From: an uncultured Candidatus Saccharibacteria bacterium | Lineage (GTDB): Bacteria; Patescibacteriota; Minisyncoccia; Phycocordibacterales; UBA918 | DNA: 64,000 bases | NCBI GenBank assembly: GCA_964350645.1 | Contig: CAYGJY010000002.1 | Location: forward strand, 161,538 to 225,537 | Direction of reading: 5' to 3' | Shown here: piece by piece, positions 48,735 through 59,080 of the stretch | Layout of the letters: the number at the start of each line of letters is the position of its first letter | Position numbering within the stretch: the first letter of the stretch is position 1 | Translations under genes and position numbers: made by a program | The notes under the pieces: model-generated | Databases searched by the model: none | Told to the model about the DNA's origin: nothing | The model's input: the letters and a program-made list of their open reading frames with translations, nothing else

Positions 48735-50804
48735 TTATTTTCGTTTCAGGGTTTTTGAAAGAATGATTGAGACGACGAAAATGAGGGCAGAAAGACCTAA
48801 AAACTTAAGATCAATCACACCACGTGAGATGCCGCCTGTTCGTAATTCTTCAACATCAAGTGAGGCTCCGACCGCCACAAAGGTAGCAATACCAAGTAGC
48901 GTACCGACGAAGTTTGCTAGGACAAACGGAATAAATTTTATCTTGAGAATTCCAGCGGCAAAACTGACTAGGTCAAAAGGAAGAAAAATGAGGCGCGTAA
49001 TCAGGACTGATTCAAAAGGATTGTCTCGCAGCGGTTGTATCCACGAACCGAGAGCTGTCTTTTCTAGCTTGAGATCACCACCAAAGAAGCGTCCAATGCC
49101 ATAGGCAGCAGCAGCTGAGATATTAGCGGCGATAATGGTCAGGAGCGTCCCAACCCAAAAGCCAAAGAAGACACCCGAGAGAATCGTCAGCGCAGTCCCG
49201 GGAAAAAAGACCAGTGGTCGCAGGGTGTACGCTGCGATGTAGATCAGTGCCCCCCATGCTGACAAGGCAATAAAATCAAAAATCACAAAAGCGGTTTCAA
49301 ATGCTGACAGGTTCTGGGCTTGTTGGTACATGTAGAGATAGTACAGACCAACTGCCCAGAGCGCCGCGACGATAACTTTCAAGGCGTGTTTTTTGACGAA
49401 GTGGGTAAGGTCGGTTTTGAGATGAGCGATTTGGGTCGCAAAGAAATAGTCACCGAGTTTTTTGATAATCAGTGAGTAGGTCGGGTAGGCGAAGATAGTG
49501 TTGCGCAGTTTCCACATCGAAATCTTTTGATCGATGGCGAGTGTGAACACGCTGAGGATTTCACCCGCTGCTGGACCAGCAATATGCGCACCAAGTACTC
49601 GGCCGCTGAGACGCTTTGCGATCACGATTGCGATGCCATCAGTAGTGTCTTCGGTTTTGGCCCGATCGTTGGCACTAAAAGGGGCTTCAATGCGAAAAAT
49701 GTTTTCTTCACCATAGTGCTCGAGTGCTTCCGTGTATGAAAGACCGACTTGCGCCACCTCGGGAGTGATATAGGTGACTTTTGGGACGGCTTTGTTGTCA
49801 CGCACTTTGAGAAGGCCTTTGCTGATTACCCGTGTGACCACTTGTCGAGCAATATTATCCGCGGTATGAGTGAACTTGAGACGCTGCGACACGTCCCCAA
49901 GGGCGTAGACTGATGCGTTGGTGGTGCGGTACTGGCTATCAACTTTGATACCGTAGGGTTCGCTCTGAATACCGGCGACTTCAAGACCATTTGGTAGGTT
50001 CGGTACTCGGCCAATCGCGACGAGCACTTTATCAAATTGGACTGACAATGATCCAGTCACTACTTTACCTTCTTTGCGGTCAAAAATCGCGACGCGATTT
50101 TTGACCTCGCTTAGATGCGCGTTCAGCTCAATCCTGATACCCAGTTCTTTAAACTTCCGCTGTACTATTGGACGGATAGCTGGGTCCTCCAGGCGGGCAA
50201 ACTCACTATCGATGGAGGCGATAGTGACGTGGCTACCGAGCATAGCAAACGCTTGACCAAGCTCCATGCCAATTGGTCCAGAGCCAATGACGAGTAGTTT
50301 CTCGGGGATACTTTTGAGGTCAAAGACGTTTTGGTTGGTGAGAACATCAGCGGGGTTGAGTCCGGGTACACTGATCATCCGTGGACTAGATCCAGTGGCG
50401 ATGATAGCTGTTTTAAAGGTGTAGGTAGCGTCGGCAACTTTAATAGTTTTTGTGCCAACAAATTCGGCTTCACCCATGATGACGTCGATGCCGATTTTCT
50501 CAAACACGTCTGGTGTCTCCTCGGCTAAGATCTCATCAATGATGTTACGAACGTAGGCAAACGCGTCGGTGCGAAAAGCTGCGCTTTTCACACCTTCACC
50601 CGCCACCTGCGTCGCCCGATGATACTCTCGCGCGTGATGCAAGAGTGCTTTGCTCGGCACACAGCCAGTGTTGGTACACTCACCGCCCATATGCTCACGT
50701 TCTATAAGAAGTACTTTCTTGCCGACTTTAGAGAAACCGACGGCTGAGGTAAGGCCGCCTGAGCCGGCCCCGATTACTATGACGTCGTAGTGTGTGTCTG
50801 ACAT
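48735..50804 (-). CDS. Pyridine nucleotide-disulfide oxidoreductase fused to a C-terminal VTT/DedA domain
   Basis: GAGSGG and GGECTNTGCVPSK motifs; C-terminal TVP38-like TMs (RLIFLPFDLVSF). Confidence 0.92.
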   Translation of the reverse strand: MSDTHYDVIVIGAGSGGLTSAVGFSKVGKKVLLIEREHMGGECTNTGCVPSKALLHHAREYHRATQVAGEGVKSAAFRTDAFAYVRNIIDEILAEETPDVFEKIGIDVIMGEAEFVGTKTIKVADATYTFKTAIIATGSSPRMISVPGLNPADVLTNQNVFDLKSIPEKLLVIGSGPIGMELGQAFAMLGSHVTIASIDSEFARLEDPAIRPIVQRKFKELGIRIELNAHLSEVKNRVAIFDRKEGKVVTGSLSVQFDKVLVAIGRVPNLPNGLEVAGIQSEPYGIKVDSQYRTTNASVYALGDVSQRLKFTHTADNIARQVVTRVISKGLLKVRDNKAVPKVTYITPEVAQVGLSYTEALEHYGEENIFRIEAPFSANDRAKTEDTTDGIAIVIAKRLSGRVLGAHIAGPAAGEILSVFTLAIDQKISMWKLRNTIFAYPTYSLIIKKLGDYFFATQIAHLKTDLTHFVKKHALKVIVAALWAVGLYYLYMYQQAQNLSAFETAFVIFDFIALSAWGALIYIAAYTLRPLVFFPGTALTILSGVFFGFWVGTLLTIIAANISAAAAYGIGRFFGGDLKLEKTALGSWIQPLRDNPFESVLITRLIFLPFDLVSFAAGILKIKFIPFVLANFVGTLLGIATFVAVGASLDVEELRTGGISRGVIDLKFLGLSALIFVVSIILSKTLKRK

Positions 50805-51006
50805 GAAGGAGGAGTAAAGTTATGAATAGTTGCCTTTGATACGAGTATAGCAAGGAATTCTTTCAGATTTTGAGTATAAAAATAGGAAAAGCGCTCATCT
50901 AGGGAGGGAGATGAGCGCCAATCCGAATGCTTATTCGGTGCGCGACTCCTTTTCTAGTTGAGCGCTGGTGTGCGGCCCCTGCTGGTGCGGGACCGCGCGT
51001 TTTGGT

Positions 51007-51978
51007 TCATTCGGTCTCGGCGTCGATCAGGCCGATCCTGTTTGTCGCCCCGAGCTGCTCACGCAGGTCGAGAACGATTTTCAGGTAGGTCTCGACGAGC
51101 GGTAAGCCGCCTTCTTCTTTCCGACGCAGACCGAAGCGGACGTAGTAGGGGTCCGCGTTCCATCCAAGATGGGCTACTGTCCGCTCCCAACGGGAAGTGA
51201 CGGCACGGACGTCGTCGCTGGCCTGCTCCCAACGTGACTTCGCAAGGTCCCTTTCTTTTTCGGCGGCCTTAATAGCACGATCGCGAGCCATCTCATCGAC
51301 GTACTTGCCATCCCTTGCCACTTGGAGCGCCTCATTCCGCTTATCGTCTGAGGGGTATGTGGCCCGCGCCGCTGCACTGATTGCCTCCGATCGGGCTACT
51401 TCGTCGACATAGATAGCAGCTCCCGCTTCACCCACCTTGTCGATCTCGCTCCGGTACCGGCCATACAGTCGGGTTGAGCGATCTGCTGCCAGAAGCAGTT
51501 CGCTGTATGGCAAAGTGATTTCCGGCTTCATGCCGAGAGTGAGACTGTCCGCCAGAGTGGCGAGATGTTGGACGCAGGATGCGTATCTGTAGTTTTCCAG
51601 AAGGGCCATTTCGGACAGGACACTCTCCCGGTGTTGCTCCCAATAGTCCCAGAGGACAGTCGGGTCAGTCAGGTGATTGCGAGCTTCCTCGCGGAATTCA
51701 TCGATCACGAAATCGACGAATCCGCCCTCTTTGATCTGACGTTGTACGATGCCCTCAGCTTCGTTTGGGCCAGGGCATTGGAGAACGAGTTTTGCGATGA
51801 CCTCGTCCCCAATCATCCAGTTGATCAGCGGACCGATCGCTTTCGGCCAGGGCGATTCTGTTGAAACGGTCGCCGGGGCGTCCGACAGCAAAAAATCGAT
51901 CGTCTCAGCGTTTTGGTCCTGCGCGAAGGCAGTGCTGGCGGCGAATGCAACAACAGCTGCGGCAAGTGCTAATTTCAT
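51007..51978 (-). CDS. Secreted hypothetical protein
   Basis: AGGAG SD, signal peptide (AFA|QD), own TTGACT promoter. Confidence 0.8.
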   Translation of the reverse strand: MKLALAAAVVAFAASTAFAQDQNAETIDFLLSDAPATVSTESPWPKAIGPLINWMIGDEVIAKLVLQCPGPNEAEGIVQRQIKEGGFVDFVIDEFREEARNHLTDPTVLWDYWEQHRESVLSEMALLENYRYASCVQHLATLADSLTLGMKPEITLPYSELLLAADRSTRLYGRYRSEIDKVGEAGAAIYVDEVARSEAISAAARATYPSDDKRNEALQVARDGKYVDEMARDRAIKAAEKERDLAKSRWEQASDDVRAVTSRWERTVAHLGWNADPYYVRFGLRRKEEGGLPLVETYLKIVLDLREQLGATNRIGLIDAETE

Positions 51979-52156
51979 GGCGTGTCTCCTAATAGCCAAT
52001 GATGAACCTAGTAGTCAAAAAACGTGTTGCGATAGAGAGGTGGTTCATTTGAACCTCTCTACCCTGCTAGTAAAATAGCATAAAAATAGACAAAAGTCAA
52101 TATACATGGCATAAAATAGAGGTTTTTGGTTATGGAGGTGGGGCGGGTGGTGTGGC

Positions 52157-52197
52157 GCTCCAGGCTGGCAAAAGCAACGCTTTTGCCAGCCTGGAGC
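52157..52197. repeat. Perfect GC-rich palindrome upstream of the fusA promoter
   Basis: GCTCCAGGCTGGCAAAAGC-aac-GCTTTTGCCAGCCTGGAGC. Confidence 0.75.
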
Positions 52198-52361
52198 AGC
52201 TGAAGACGGTTGCCATCGCTACTTAAATACCGTATGATAGCGCCGATTAGCCCAATTTGGGCTTGTTTCTATTTTGCGCTGAGTGCCCGGCGCCAAAGGC
52301 GCCGGGCTTCGCTGCATATAGGGAGAATTTATCATTAGTTATACATATATAAGTAAAGTTT

Positions 52362-54542
52362 ATGGCACGAGCATTTCCAATCGCAAAACTACGAAACTTC
52401 GGGATCGTAGCCCACGTTGACGCGGGTAAGACCACCACCTCTGAACGCATCCTTTTCTATACCGGGATGAGTCACAAAATCGGCGAGGTACACGACGGGG
52501 CAACCGTCACCGACTGGATGGAGCAAGAACGTGAGCGCGGTATCACCATCACCGCGGCGGCGATTTCTTGTAACTGGGCAAAAACCCTTGAGACAGATCG
52601 CAAGAACAAGGACAAGCAACACACCTTTAACATCATCGATACTCCAGGGCACATCGACTTTACCGCAGAGGTAAAGCGATCGATGCGTGTACTTGACGGT
52701 GCTGTCGTCGTATTCGACGGCGCGGCTGGTGTAGAGCCACAAACCGAAACCAACTGGGGCTACGCTGATGAAGCTGGTGTACCACGAATTTGTTTTGTAA
52801 ACAAAATGGACAAGCTGGGTGCTGATTACAACGCTTCAGTAAAGTCTATCGAAGAGCGACTCTCTAAAAAAGCTGTCCGGATTCAACTCCCGATCGGGGC
52901 AGAAGACGCACTCTCTGGTGTGGTTGATTTGATCACGATGAAGGCCTATCGGTTTGCTGGTGAGATGGGTATGGAGGTGACTGAAGAAGAGATTCCTGAG
53001 AATATGGTTGAAGACGCTAAGAAGTGGCGCGCTGAAATGATCGAACGCGTTGTTGAACACGACGACACGCTGATGGAAGCGTTTCTTGAAGGGACCGAGC
53101 CAACGCTTGAAGACCTCAAGAAGACCTTGCGAAAGGCGGTATTGGCTAACGAAATTTTTCCAGTCATGACTGGTTCAGCACTGAAGAACATCGGTGTGCA
53201 GCTCGTGCTTGACGCGGTAGTTGATTATCTGCCAGCACCAACTGACCTCCCACCAACGCACGGTCATGATCCAGATGATGAAGAAACTATTATCGAACGA
53301 CTGCCAACAGACGAAGACCCATTCAGCGCTCTTGTATTTAAACTACAGGACGACAAGTTCGTTGGGCAGCTGGCTTTCTTCCGGGTGTATTCAGGTACGG
53401 TGAAGTCTGGTTCATACATTTTGAACTCTTCAACGGGAAACAAGGAACGAATCGGACGAATTGTTCGTCTGATGGCTGACAAGCGAGAAGAAGTAGACGA
53501 AGTATATGCGGGCGAGATTGCGGCCGCTGTAGGGATCAAGGAAGTAAAGACATCGCACACTATTTGTGACGAAGCGAAGCCAATTGTACTCGAGCAAATT
53601 ACGTTCCCAGCCCCAGTCGTTGCTGTGCGTGTTGAGCCAAAGACTAAAAATGACCAAGAAAAAATGGGTGTAGCCTTAAAGCGCCTGTCAGATGAGGATC
53701 CGACGTTTGTCGTATCAACTGACGAAGAAACGCTCGAAACCATCATTGCTGGTATGGGTGAGTTGCACCTCGACATCATTGTTGATCGTATGAAACGAGA
53801 GTTTGGAGTAGAGGCCAACATTGGTCAACCACAAGTAGCGTACCGAGAAACAATCCAACGTGAAGCTGAAGCCGAGCATAAATACATTAAGCAGTCTGGA
53901 GGACGCGGACAGTACGGACACGTCAAGATTCGCATCAAGCCACTGGTGCCGCTCGCGAAAGATGAAAACGGGGAAGATGAGAAGGTTGCTAAGAACGTTA
54001 CTCGCGATGATCACTTTGAATTCATCAACAGCATTAAGGGAGGAGTCATTCCACAGGAATACATTCCAGCTGTCATGAAGGGAGCTAAAGAAGCGATGGG
54101 TCGCGGATTTGTCGCTGGCTATAAAATGGAAGATGTATCAGTTGAACTCTTTGATGGTTCATTCCACGATGTTGACTCGAGTGAAATCGCCTTTAAGTTG
54201 GCTGGTATTAACGCCTTTAAGGATGCAGCTGCAAAGGCGAGTCCGGTTATCCTTGAGCCAATCATGAAGGTTGAAGTACGAACACCAGATGAATACATGG
54301 GAGACATTCAAGGGAATATTTCATCGAAGCGCGGTCAGATTGAAGGCTCAGAAGAAATGGGAGGCAAGACAATCGTCAACGCCAAGGTGCCACTATCAGA
54401 AATGTTTGGTTACACCAACTCACTGCGTTCAATGACTCAAGGTCGTGCGAGTATGACGATGGAGTTTGATCACTATGAAGTGGTCCCACCAAACGTGGCT
54501 GAAGAGATTAAGAAGGCGAGAGGGGTGAAAGCAGAGGCATAA
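52362..54542 (+). CDS. fusA: Elongation factor G
   Basis: [14 protein letters not shown] and GMGELHL motifs. Confidence 0.99.
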   Translation: MARAFPIAKLRNFGIVAHVDAGKTTTSERILFYTGMSHKIGEVHDGATVTDWMEQERERGITITAAAISCNWAKTLETDRKNKDKQHTFNIIDTPGHIDFTAEVKRSMRVLDGAVVVFDGAAGVEPQTETNWGYADEAGVPRICFVNKMDKLGADYNASVKSIEERLSKKAVRIQLPIGAEDALSGVVDLITMKAYRFAGEMGMEVTEEEIPENMVEDAKKWRAEMIERVVEHDDTLMEAFLEGTEPTLEDLKKTLRKAVLANEIFPVMTGSALKNIGVQLVLDAVVDYLPAPTDLPPTHGHDPDDEETIIERLPTDEDPFSALVFKLQDDKFVGQLAFFRVYSGTVKSGSYILNSSTGNKERIGRIVRLMADKREEVDEVYAGEIAAAVGIKEVKTSHTICDEAKPIVLEQITFPAPVVAVRVEPKTKNDQEKMGVALKRLSDEDPTFVVSTDEETLETIIAGMGELHLDIIVDRMKREFGVEANIGQPQVAYRETIQREAEAEHKYIKQSGGRGQYGHVKIRIKPLVPLAKDENGEDEKVAKNVTRDDHFEFINSIKGGVIPQEYIPAVMKGAKEAMGRGFVAGYKMEDVSVELFDGSFHDVDSSEIAFKLAGINAFKDAAAKASPVILEPIMKVEVRTPDEYMGDIQGNISSKRGQIEGSEEMGGKTIVNAKVPLSEMFGYTNSLRSMTQGRASMTMEFDHYEVVPPNVAEEIKKARGVKAEA

Positions 54543-54826
54543 TCTCTGTGCTCTGAACATACAAAAGGCCGGCGCTTCGCGCCGGCCTTTTGTATGTTCA
54601 GTTTCTCGATCTAGCTTGCAAAAATCAGCCGGTTTGCTAAGATTGCCCCACCGCACCGGCATCTGGCTGGGTCGGAGTATACATATTGTTTGCTCTTTCA
54701 CACTCACGTGTACTAAGAGATAGCGTAACTGTTCTCGTGACGCTTTCCCTCAGTGCTCGTGCATGGCTTTTCATATGAAAAGCAGCCGTGTGCGGATTAT
54801 TAATTAACTAAATTTTATTTAGTATT

Positions 54827-56014
54827 ATGGCAGATTTTGATCGATCAAAGCCGCACATTAACGTAGGTACTATTGGTCACGTTGACCACGGTAAGACTAC
54901 GCTTACGGCTGCGATCCTAACAACCCTTAAAGCGAAGGGAAATGGCTATGACGCAAACGTCAAGGCAGTAGAAGATATTGATAAAGCGCCAGAAGAAAAG
55001 GCGCGCGGTATTACTATTTCACTTTCACATAGTGAGTACGAAAGTCCAAACCGACACTACGCACACATCGATGCGCCAGGTCACGCCGACTATATTAAGA
55101 ACATGATTACTGGTGCTGCCCAAATGGACGGTGCAGTTCTCGTAGTTGCAGCAACTGACGGAGCAATGCCACAAACTCGTGAGCATGTTCTGCTTGCAAA
55201 GCAGGTTGGTGTACCAAACATCATCGTGTTCCTCAACAAGTGTGACATGGTAGATGACGAAGAAATGCTTATGCTCGTTGAAGAAGAACTTCGTGAACTT
55301 CTCACTAAGAATGGATTCGACGGTGTCAACGCGCCAATCATTCACGGTTCTGGTTTGAAGGCACTTGAAGGTGACGCAGCCTACCAAGAGAAAGTGGTTG
55401 AACTCGTCGATGCGATGGATTCATATTTCCCACTGCCTGAGCGTGAACTCGACAAACCATTCCTTATGCCAGTTGAGGACATCTTCTCAATTGAAGGACG
55501 CGGTACAGTTGTAACTGGTCGTGTAGAACGAGGAGCAGTTAAGGTTGGTGAGGAAATTGAAATCGTCGGCATGAAGCCAACTGCTAAGACTACAGTTACT
55601 GGAGTTGAAATGTTCAACAAGCAACTAGATGCAGCGCAAGCTGGAGACAATGCTGGTATTCTCCTTCGTGGAACGAAGAAAGAAGACGTGCATCGTGGAC
55701 AGGTACTCGCGAAGTCAGGTTCTGTAACTCCACACACTGAGTTCGAAGCTGAGGTGTACGTACTTGGAAAAGAAGAAGGCGGACGACACACCCCATTCTT
55801 CTCAGGCTACAAACCACAGTTCTATATCCGAACCACTGACGTAACTGGAGATGTTACCCTCGCTGAAGGTACTGAAATGGTCATGCCAGGTGATACTGCA
55901 ACTTTCAAAGTGAAACTGGTTGCTCCAGTAGCTCTCGAAGACCAGCAAAACTTTGCGATTCGTGAAGGTGGTAAGACAGTTGGAGCTGGTGTTGTAACTA
56001 AGATCGTTGCGTAA
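54827..56014 (+). CDS. tuf: Elongation factor Tu
   Basis: GHVDHGKTT; own promoter TTGCAA-16-TAAGAT at 54616-54643. Confidence 0.99.
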   Translation: MADFDRSKPHINVGTIGHVDHGKTTLTAAILTTLKAKGNGYDANVKAVEDIDKAPEEKARGITISLSHSEYESPNRHYAHIDAPGHADYIKNMITGAAQMDGAVLVVAATDGAMPQTREHVLLAKQVGVPNIIVFLNKCDMVDDEEMLMLVEEELRELLTKNGFDGVNAPIIHGSGLKALEGDAAYQEKVVELVDAMDSYFPLPERELDKPFLMPVEDIFSIEGRGTVVTGRVERGAVKVGEEIEIVGMKPTAKTTVTGVEMFNKQLDAAQAGDNAGILLRGTKKEDVHRGQVLAKSGSVTPHTEFEAEVYVLGKEEGGRHTPFFSGYKPQFYIRTTDVTGDVTLAEGTEMVMPGDTATFKVKLVAPVALEDQQNFAIREGGKTVGAGVVTKIVA

Positions 56015-56037
56015 GCAATCGCTAACTACACACTATT

Positions 56038-56394
56038 ATGGCTACAAACACATCATCTAAATCAAAGAAAGACGCAGCGGCTGGCGAAATCCAGAAGCTT
56101 CGTATTCGTGTTCGCGCTTATGAGCACAAGATTCTTGACGCTTCAGTCAAGCAGATTACTGACACAGCCGCTCGCTTTGATGCGACTGTTGTTGGACCAA
56201 TTCCGCTACCAACTGAAATCAAGAAGTACACAGTAAACCGTTCAACGTTCGTCCATAAGGATGCGCGAGAACAATTCGAGATGCGCATGCACAAACGTGT
56301 CATCGACATCATGAATCCGAGCGGCAAAGTCATTGAGGCTTTGACCAACCTGTCACTGCCCTCTGGCGTGAACATTGATGTAAAGATGATCTAA
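56038..56394 (+). CDS. rpsJ: 30S ribosomal protein S10
   Basis: GPIPLPT and REQFEMR motifs. Confidence 0.98.
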   Translation: MATNTSSKSKKDAAAGEIQKLRIRVRAYEHKILDASVKQITDTAARFDATVVGPIPLPTEIKKYTVNRSTFVHKDAREQFEMRMHKRVIDIMNPSGKVIEALTNLSLPSGVNIDVKMI

Positions 56395-56405
56395 GTGTTG
56401 CTATA

Positions 56406-56442
56406 ACAAAAGGCCGGCCCCGTAGGGGCCGGCCTTTTGTGT
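56406..56442. terminator. Bidirectional terminator, identical to 62166-62202
   Basis: ACAAAAGGCCGGCCCCGTAGGGGCCGGCCTTTTGTGT. Confidence 0.9.
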
Positions 56443-56460
56443 GGTTACTTCACCAGCAAT

Positions 56461-56853
56461 TTACCCAGCGATAAAGACATCTGAGTAGAGAGTAGTGCCA
56501 TCGAATTCGCAGGTAACCAACTTCCACATGTTGTTGGTATTGTATGCAATTGATTCACAAAGTGTACGAGCCTCGGCTTCTGATGCAACTTCGTTTTGAA
56601 GAGTAGTGCCGCCTTCAATCGTGATAGTTACAGTTTTGAGAGCAATCATTTCTTCGCTAGTTTCAAACTGAATACCAGCTACTTCACCAGCTGGACTCAT
56701 ACTTTGTTTGGCAGCATCAAGATTGAGCTGTAAAACTGCTAGGTCAGCTTTGGCTGCGTGTAACTCAGCGAGCAAGTGCTCAACAGTAGACGCCTGGGCT
56801 AACGGAGCTACTAAAAAAGTAGCTAGGGCAAAGATTGAGAAGATAAATTTCAT
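56461..56853 (-). CDS. Secreted hypothetical protein
   Basis: Signal peptide; promoter TTGACA-16-TATACT at 56927-56900. Confidence 0.8.
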   Translation of the reverse strand: MKFIFSIFALATFLVAPLAQASTVEHLLAELHAAKADLAVLQLNLDAAKQSMSPAGEVAGIQFETSEEMIALKTVTITIEGGTTLQNEVASEAEARTLCESIAYNTNNMWKLVTCEFDGTTLYSDVFIAG

Positions 56854-56940
56854 ACTTTATGTATTAAGATTGAATAGATATTGAAACTAAACTGTAATAA
56901 GTATACTGATTAATTAACTTTTGTCAAGTATTAGCGACTC

Positions 56941-57292
56941 AAAAAGTAAAGAAAAAACTCGTCACCTGAGGGCTACGAGTTTTTTCTTTACCTCCAACGT
57001 ACAGGTGCCTGTGGACACAAGTGCGTTAGTTTATGTGTGATGGGAAATGCAGTAGCACATTCCCGTGCACTACTGCCTAGTCTAAACAGCGGCTGGCTGC
57101 CTAAACAGATGTGGATCGTGTAGAGCACATCCTACTTACTATGACGCACCAGGTAGCAAAATCTTTCAGAAGTAGTGGCAGCTAGCGCACCCTAGTCAAA
57201 ACTGACTACCTCACTCCCGCACTGCCCCAGCCAAGCCGACCCATTACGAGATCGCTCGCCCGCTAGCTTTGGACAGAGGGGTTTCAAAACTT
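56941..57292 (-). ncRNA. Candidate ~350-nt structured ncRNA of unknown class
   Basis: TATAAT at 57304-57299, terminator 56991-56946, no ORF of 60 aa or more, nested helices with G-U pairs on the minus strand, pseudoknot. Confidence 0.7.
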
Positions 57293-57332
57293 CTCGTTAT
57301 TATAGTAAGGCAGTCTCAACAACCTAATATTT

Positions 57333-57350
57333 ACTATCATATATGATAGT
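57333..57350. promoter_or_regulatory. Palindromic operator, copy 1
   Basis: ACTATCATATATGATAGT, perfect palindrome. Confidence 0.8.
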
Positions 57351-57364
57351 GAGATTACATTGGA

Positions 57365-57781
57365 TTATTTTGATCCGGGAAAGAGTAAGAAGTGCAATGG
57401 ATATTTTTTCTTTAACGCTGCTAGTCCAAATGGATTAGCTTTGATATCTCGCTGGTTTTGTCTCTTTTGTAATTCAGACTCAAGTCCTTTGATGGCGTCC
57501 CGATATCCTGGCATTTGTTTCCGTAGCCATTTCTCGACCTTAACAATTGTATTGGGTCCAACTTCTAACTGTTCACCAATGTCTGCATGAGTATGACCAG
57601 AGAGCAATAGCCTCGCAATCCATATGCGCCTTCCCAGCATGATTCGCTCACTTGGAGTTAAGAGTTCTTTTAAAAATGCTTTAGTAGCATCTCTGCCTTT
57701 CACTGCTCCGGCTGCAGTATAAAGCATATCAAGAGTCTCCATTTGTTGCTGGTTAGTCAGCTGATCTAATTTTTTCTTCAT
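57365..57781 (-). CDS. TrpR/YerC-YecD family transcriptional regulator
   Basis: FLKELLTPSERIMLGRRIWIARLL..G.THADIGEQLEVGPNTI helix-turn-helix. Confidence 0.88.
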   Translation of the reverse strand: MKKKLDQLTNQQQMETLDMLYTAAGAVKGRDATKAFLKELLTPSERIMLGRRIWIARLLLSGHTHADIGEQLEVGPNTIVKVEKWLRKQMPGYRDAIKGLESELQKRQNQRDIKANPFGLAALKKKYPLHFLLFPGSK

Positions 57782-57789
57782 ATATAAAT

Positions 57790-57807
57790 ACTATCATATA
57801 TAATAGT
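57790..57807. promoter_or_regulatory. Palindromic operator, copy 2 (1 mismatch)
   Basis: ACTATCATATATAATAGT, 8 nt upstream of the regulator ATG. Confidence 0.8.
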
Positions 57808-57852
57808 AAGTTCGTAAGTTACTTTGTGCCATGAAGTGAAAAAATAAAGATT

Positions 57853-57878
57853 TTTCACTATCATATATGATAGTGAAA
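57853..57878. promoter_or_regulatory. Palindromic operator, copy 3 (26-bp perfect palindrome)
   Basis: TTTCACTATCATATATGATAGTGAAA. Confidence 0.8.
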
Positions 57879-57906
57879 TAGAGGATGTTGGAATGTTCAA
57901 ATTTAC

Positions 57907-57955
57907 AAATGAAAACACCCCACCGCAATGAGTTATCCCTCCTTTCTTCCGCGCT
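57907..57955 (+). repeat. 49-bp direct repeat, copy 1
   Basis: Matches 59009-59057 with 1 mismatch. Confidence 0.9.
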
Positions 57956-57967
57956 CACGATGTACAC

Positions 57968-58978
57968 CTAATCTTGATGAGTAAGTCTTTCAGCTAACGT
58001 AGGTATTTTACTGAAATCAAATTCAGGATTATGTGTCTGTATATAGTCAATAGTGGCGTCAAGTGTTTCTATCATTATTTCTTCGGCTAATGGCTCCCGT
58101 TCTGCTTCCGGTGCTGCATACAGACCCTTAATTTTTTCATTGATGGCTGGTAGGTGTACGCTATTCAGTTCTACTGCACCAGAATCTGTTAATACATCGT
58201 AGTATGTTTGCAGCCTTTCGCTTGCCGACAGATCTTTGTGTGAGTGATATAGACTGCCAAGGAGTAGAAAAGGCGCTAGCTGATAGTAAGTGTTAAGTCC
58301 ATTGCTAATAAAGGCTGCTCGGAAATTCTGCTGCGTCTCTAGATCGGGACTGAATAAGTGCAGTCCGTTACTGGCTGTGAACACTTCTGATGGGATATCT
58401 TTTTTTGCAACAGCGCACAGTAATAACAGATTCGCAACCGCTGAGGTGGTGTGTTCTTGGTCGCCACAGACACCGTGCATAGCTTCGTGGCAAATTAATT
58501 GGAGAAACTCGATCGCTGGGATATCGCCTCGCATCAAAAGTAGGTTCGCCCCCTCAGCGTCAGCTGACTCGTGCATGAATCTACCTAGGAGTGATTTTGG
58601 ATTATCTAATGGCCCAAAGGTCTGCACTGAAGTTTCTTTATCAAACACTACCATAGCAGTAGTTGTGGACATGCCGTCAAATGCTTCTGGAATAGCTTCC
58701 TGGAGTCCATTTTTTCCAGAAACTTGTGAAAAGGCCCATTGTAAAAAATTGACAAATTCTCGCTGCTCTCTTTCTGTCAGGTCTGCCACTATTGTTTCGG
58801 TGTCTTCGAGAAGTGTAAGTAGTTCAGTGGCATCCCAGTCGCCCTCAATTGTTTCAAATTGATGTGCTATGTAGCCAGCTGACTCCTGTGCTTTCAATAT
58901 TTCAGGCAAAGCTGCAGTCCCACCAAGTGCAACGGCACTAGTGATAAATTCCCTTCTGTTTAGTAGTGGTTTTTCCAT
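57968..58978 (-). CDS. Putative zincin metallopeptidase with twin-arginine-like N-terminus
   Basis: NRREFI followed by a hydrophobic stretch; HEAMH (HExxH). Confidence 0.7.
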   Translation of the reverse strand: MEKPLLNRREFITSAVALGGTAALPEILKAQESAGYIAHQFETIEGDWDATELLTLLEDTETIVADLTEREQREFVNFLQWAFSQVSGKNGLQEAIPEAFDGMSTTTAMVVFDKETSVQTFGPLDNPKSLLGRFMHESADAEGANLLLMRGDIPAIEFLQLICHEAMHGVCGDQEHTTSAVANLLLLCAVAKKDIPSEVFTASNGLHLFSPDLETQQNFRAAFISNGLNTYYQLAPFLLLGSLYHSHKDLSASERLQTYYDVLTDSGAVELNSVHLPAINEKIKGLYAAPEAEREPLAEEIMIETLDATIDYIQTHNPEFDFSKIPTLAERLTHQD

Positions 58979-59008
58979 ATAACATCAATAATATCGTATC
59001 GATCATAA

Positions 59009-59080
59009 AAATGAAAACACCCCACCGCAATGAGTTATTCCTCCTTTCTTCCGCGCTGTGCGGTGGGGGTGTTTTCATTT
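59009..59080. repeat. 49-bp direct repeat, copy 2, within a long-loop terminator hairpin
   Basis: AAATGAAAACACCCCACCGCA...TGCGGTGGGGGTGTTTTCATTT. Confidence 0.9.

Noticed and set aside
57040-57290. tmRNA on the plus strand (pseudoknot followed by CTG GCT GCC TAA = LAA stop), or RNase P RNA
   Set aside because: No tRNA-like ends or GTTCGA T-loop, no GAGGAAAGTC or matching P4 partner, and the G-U pairs favour the opposite strand.
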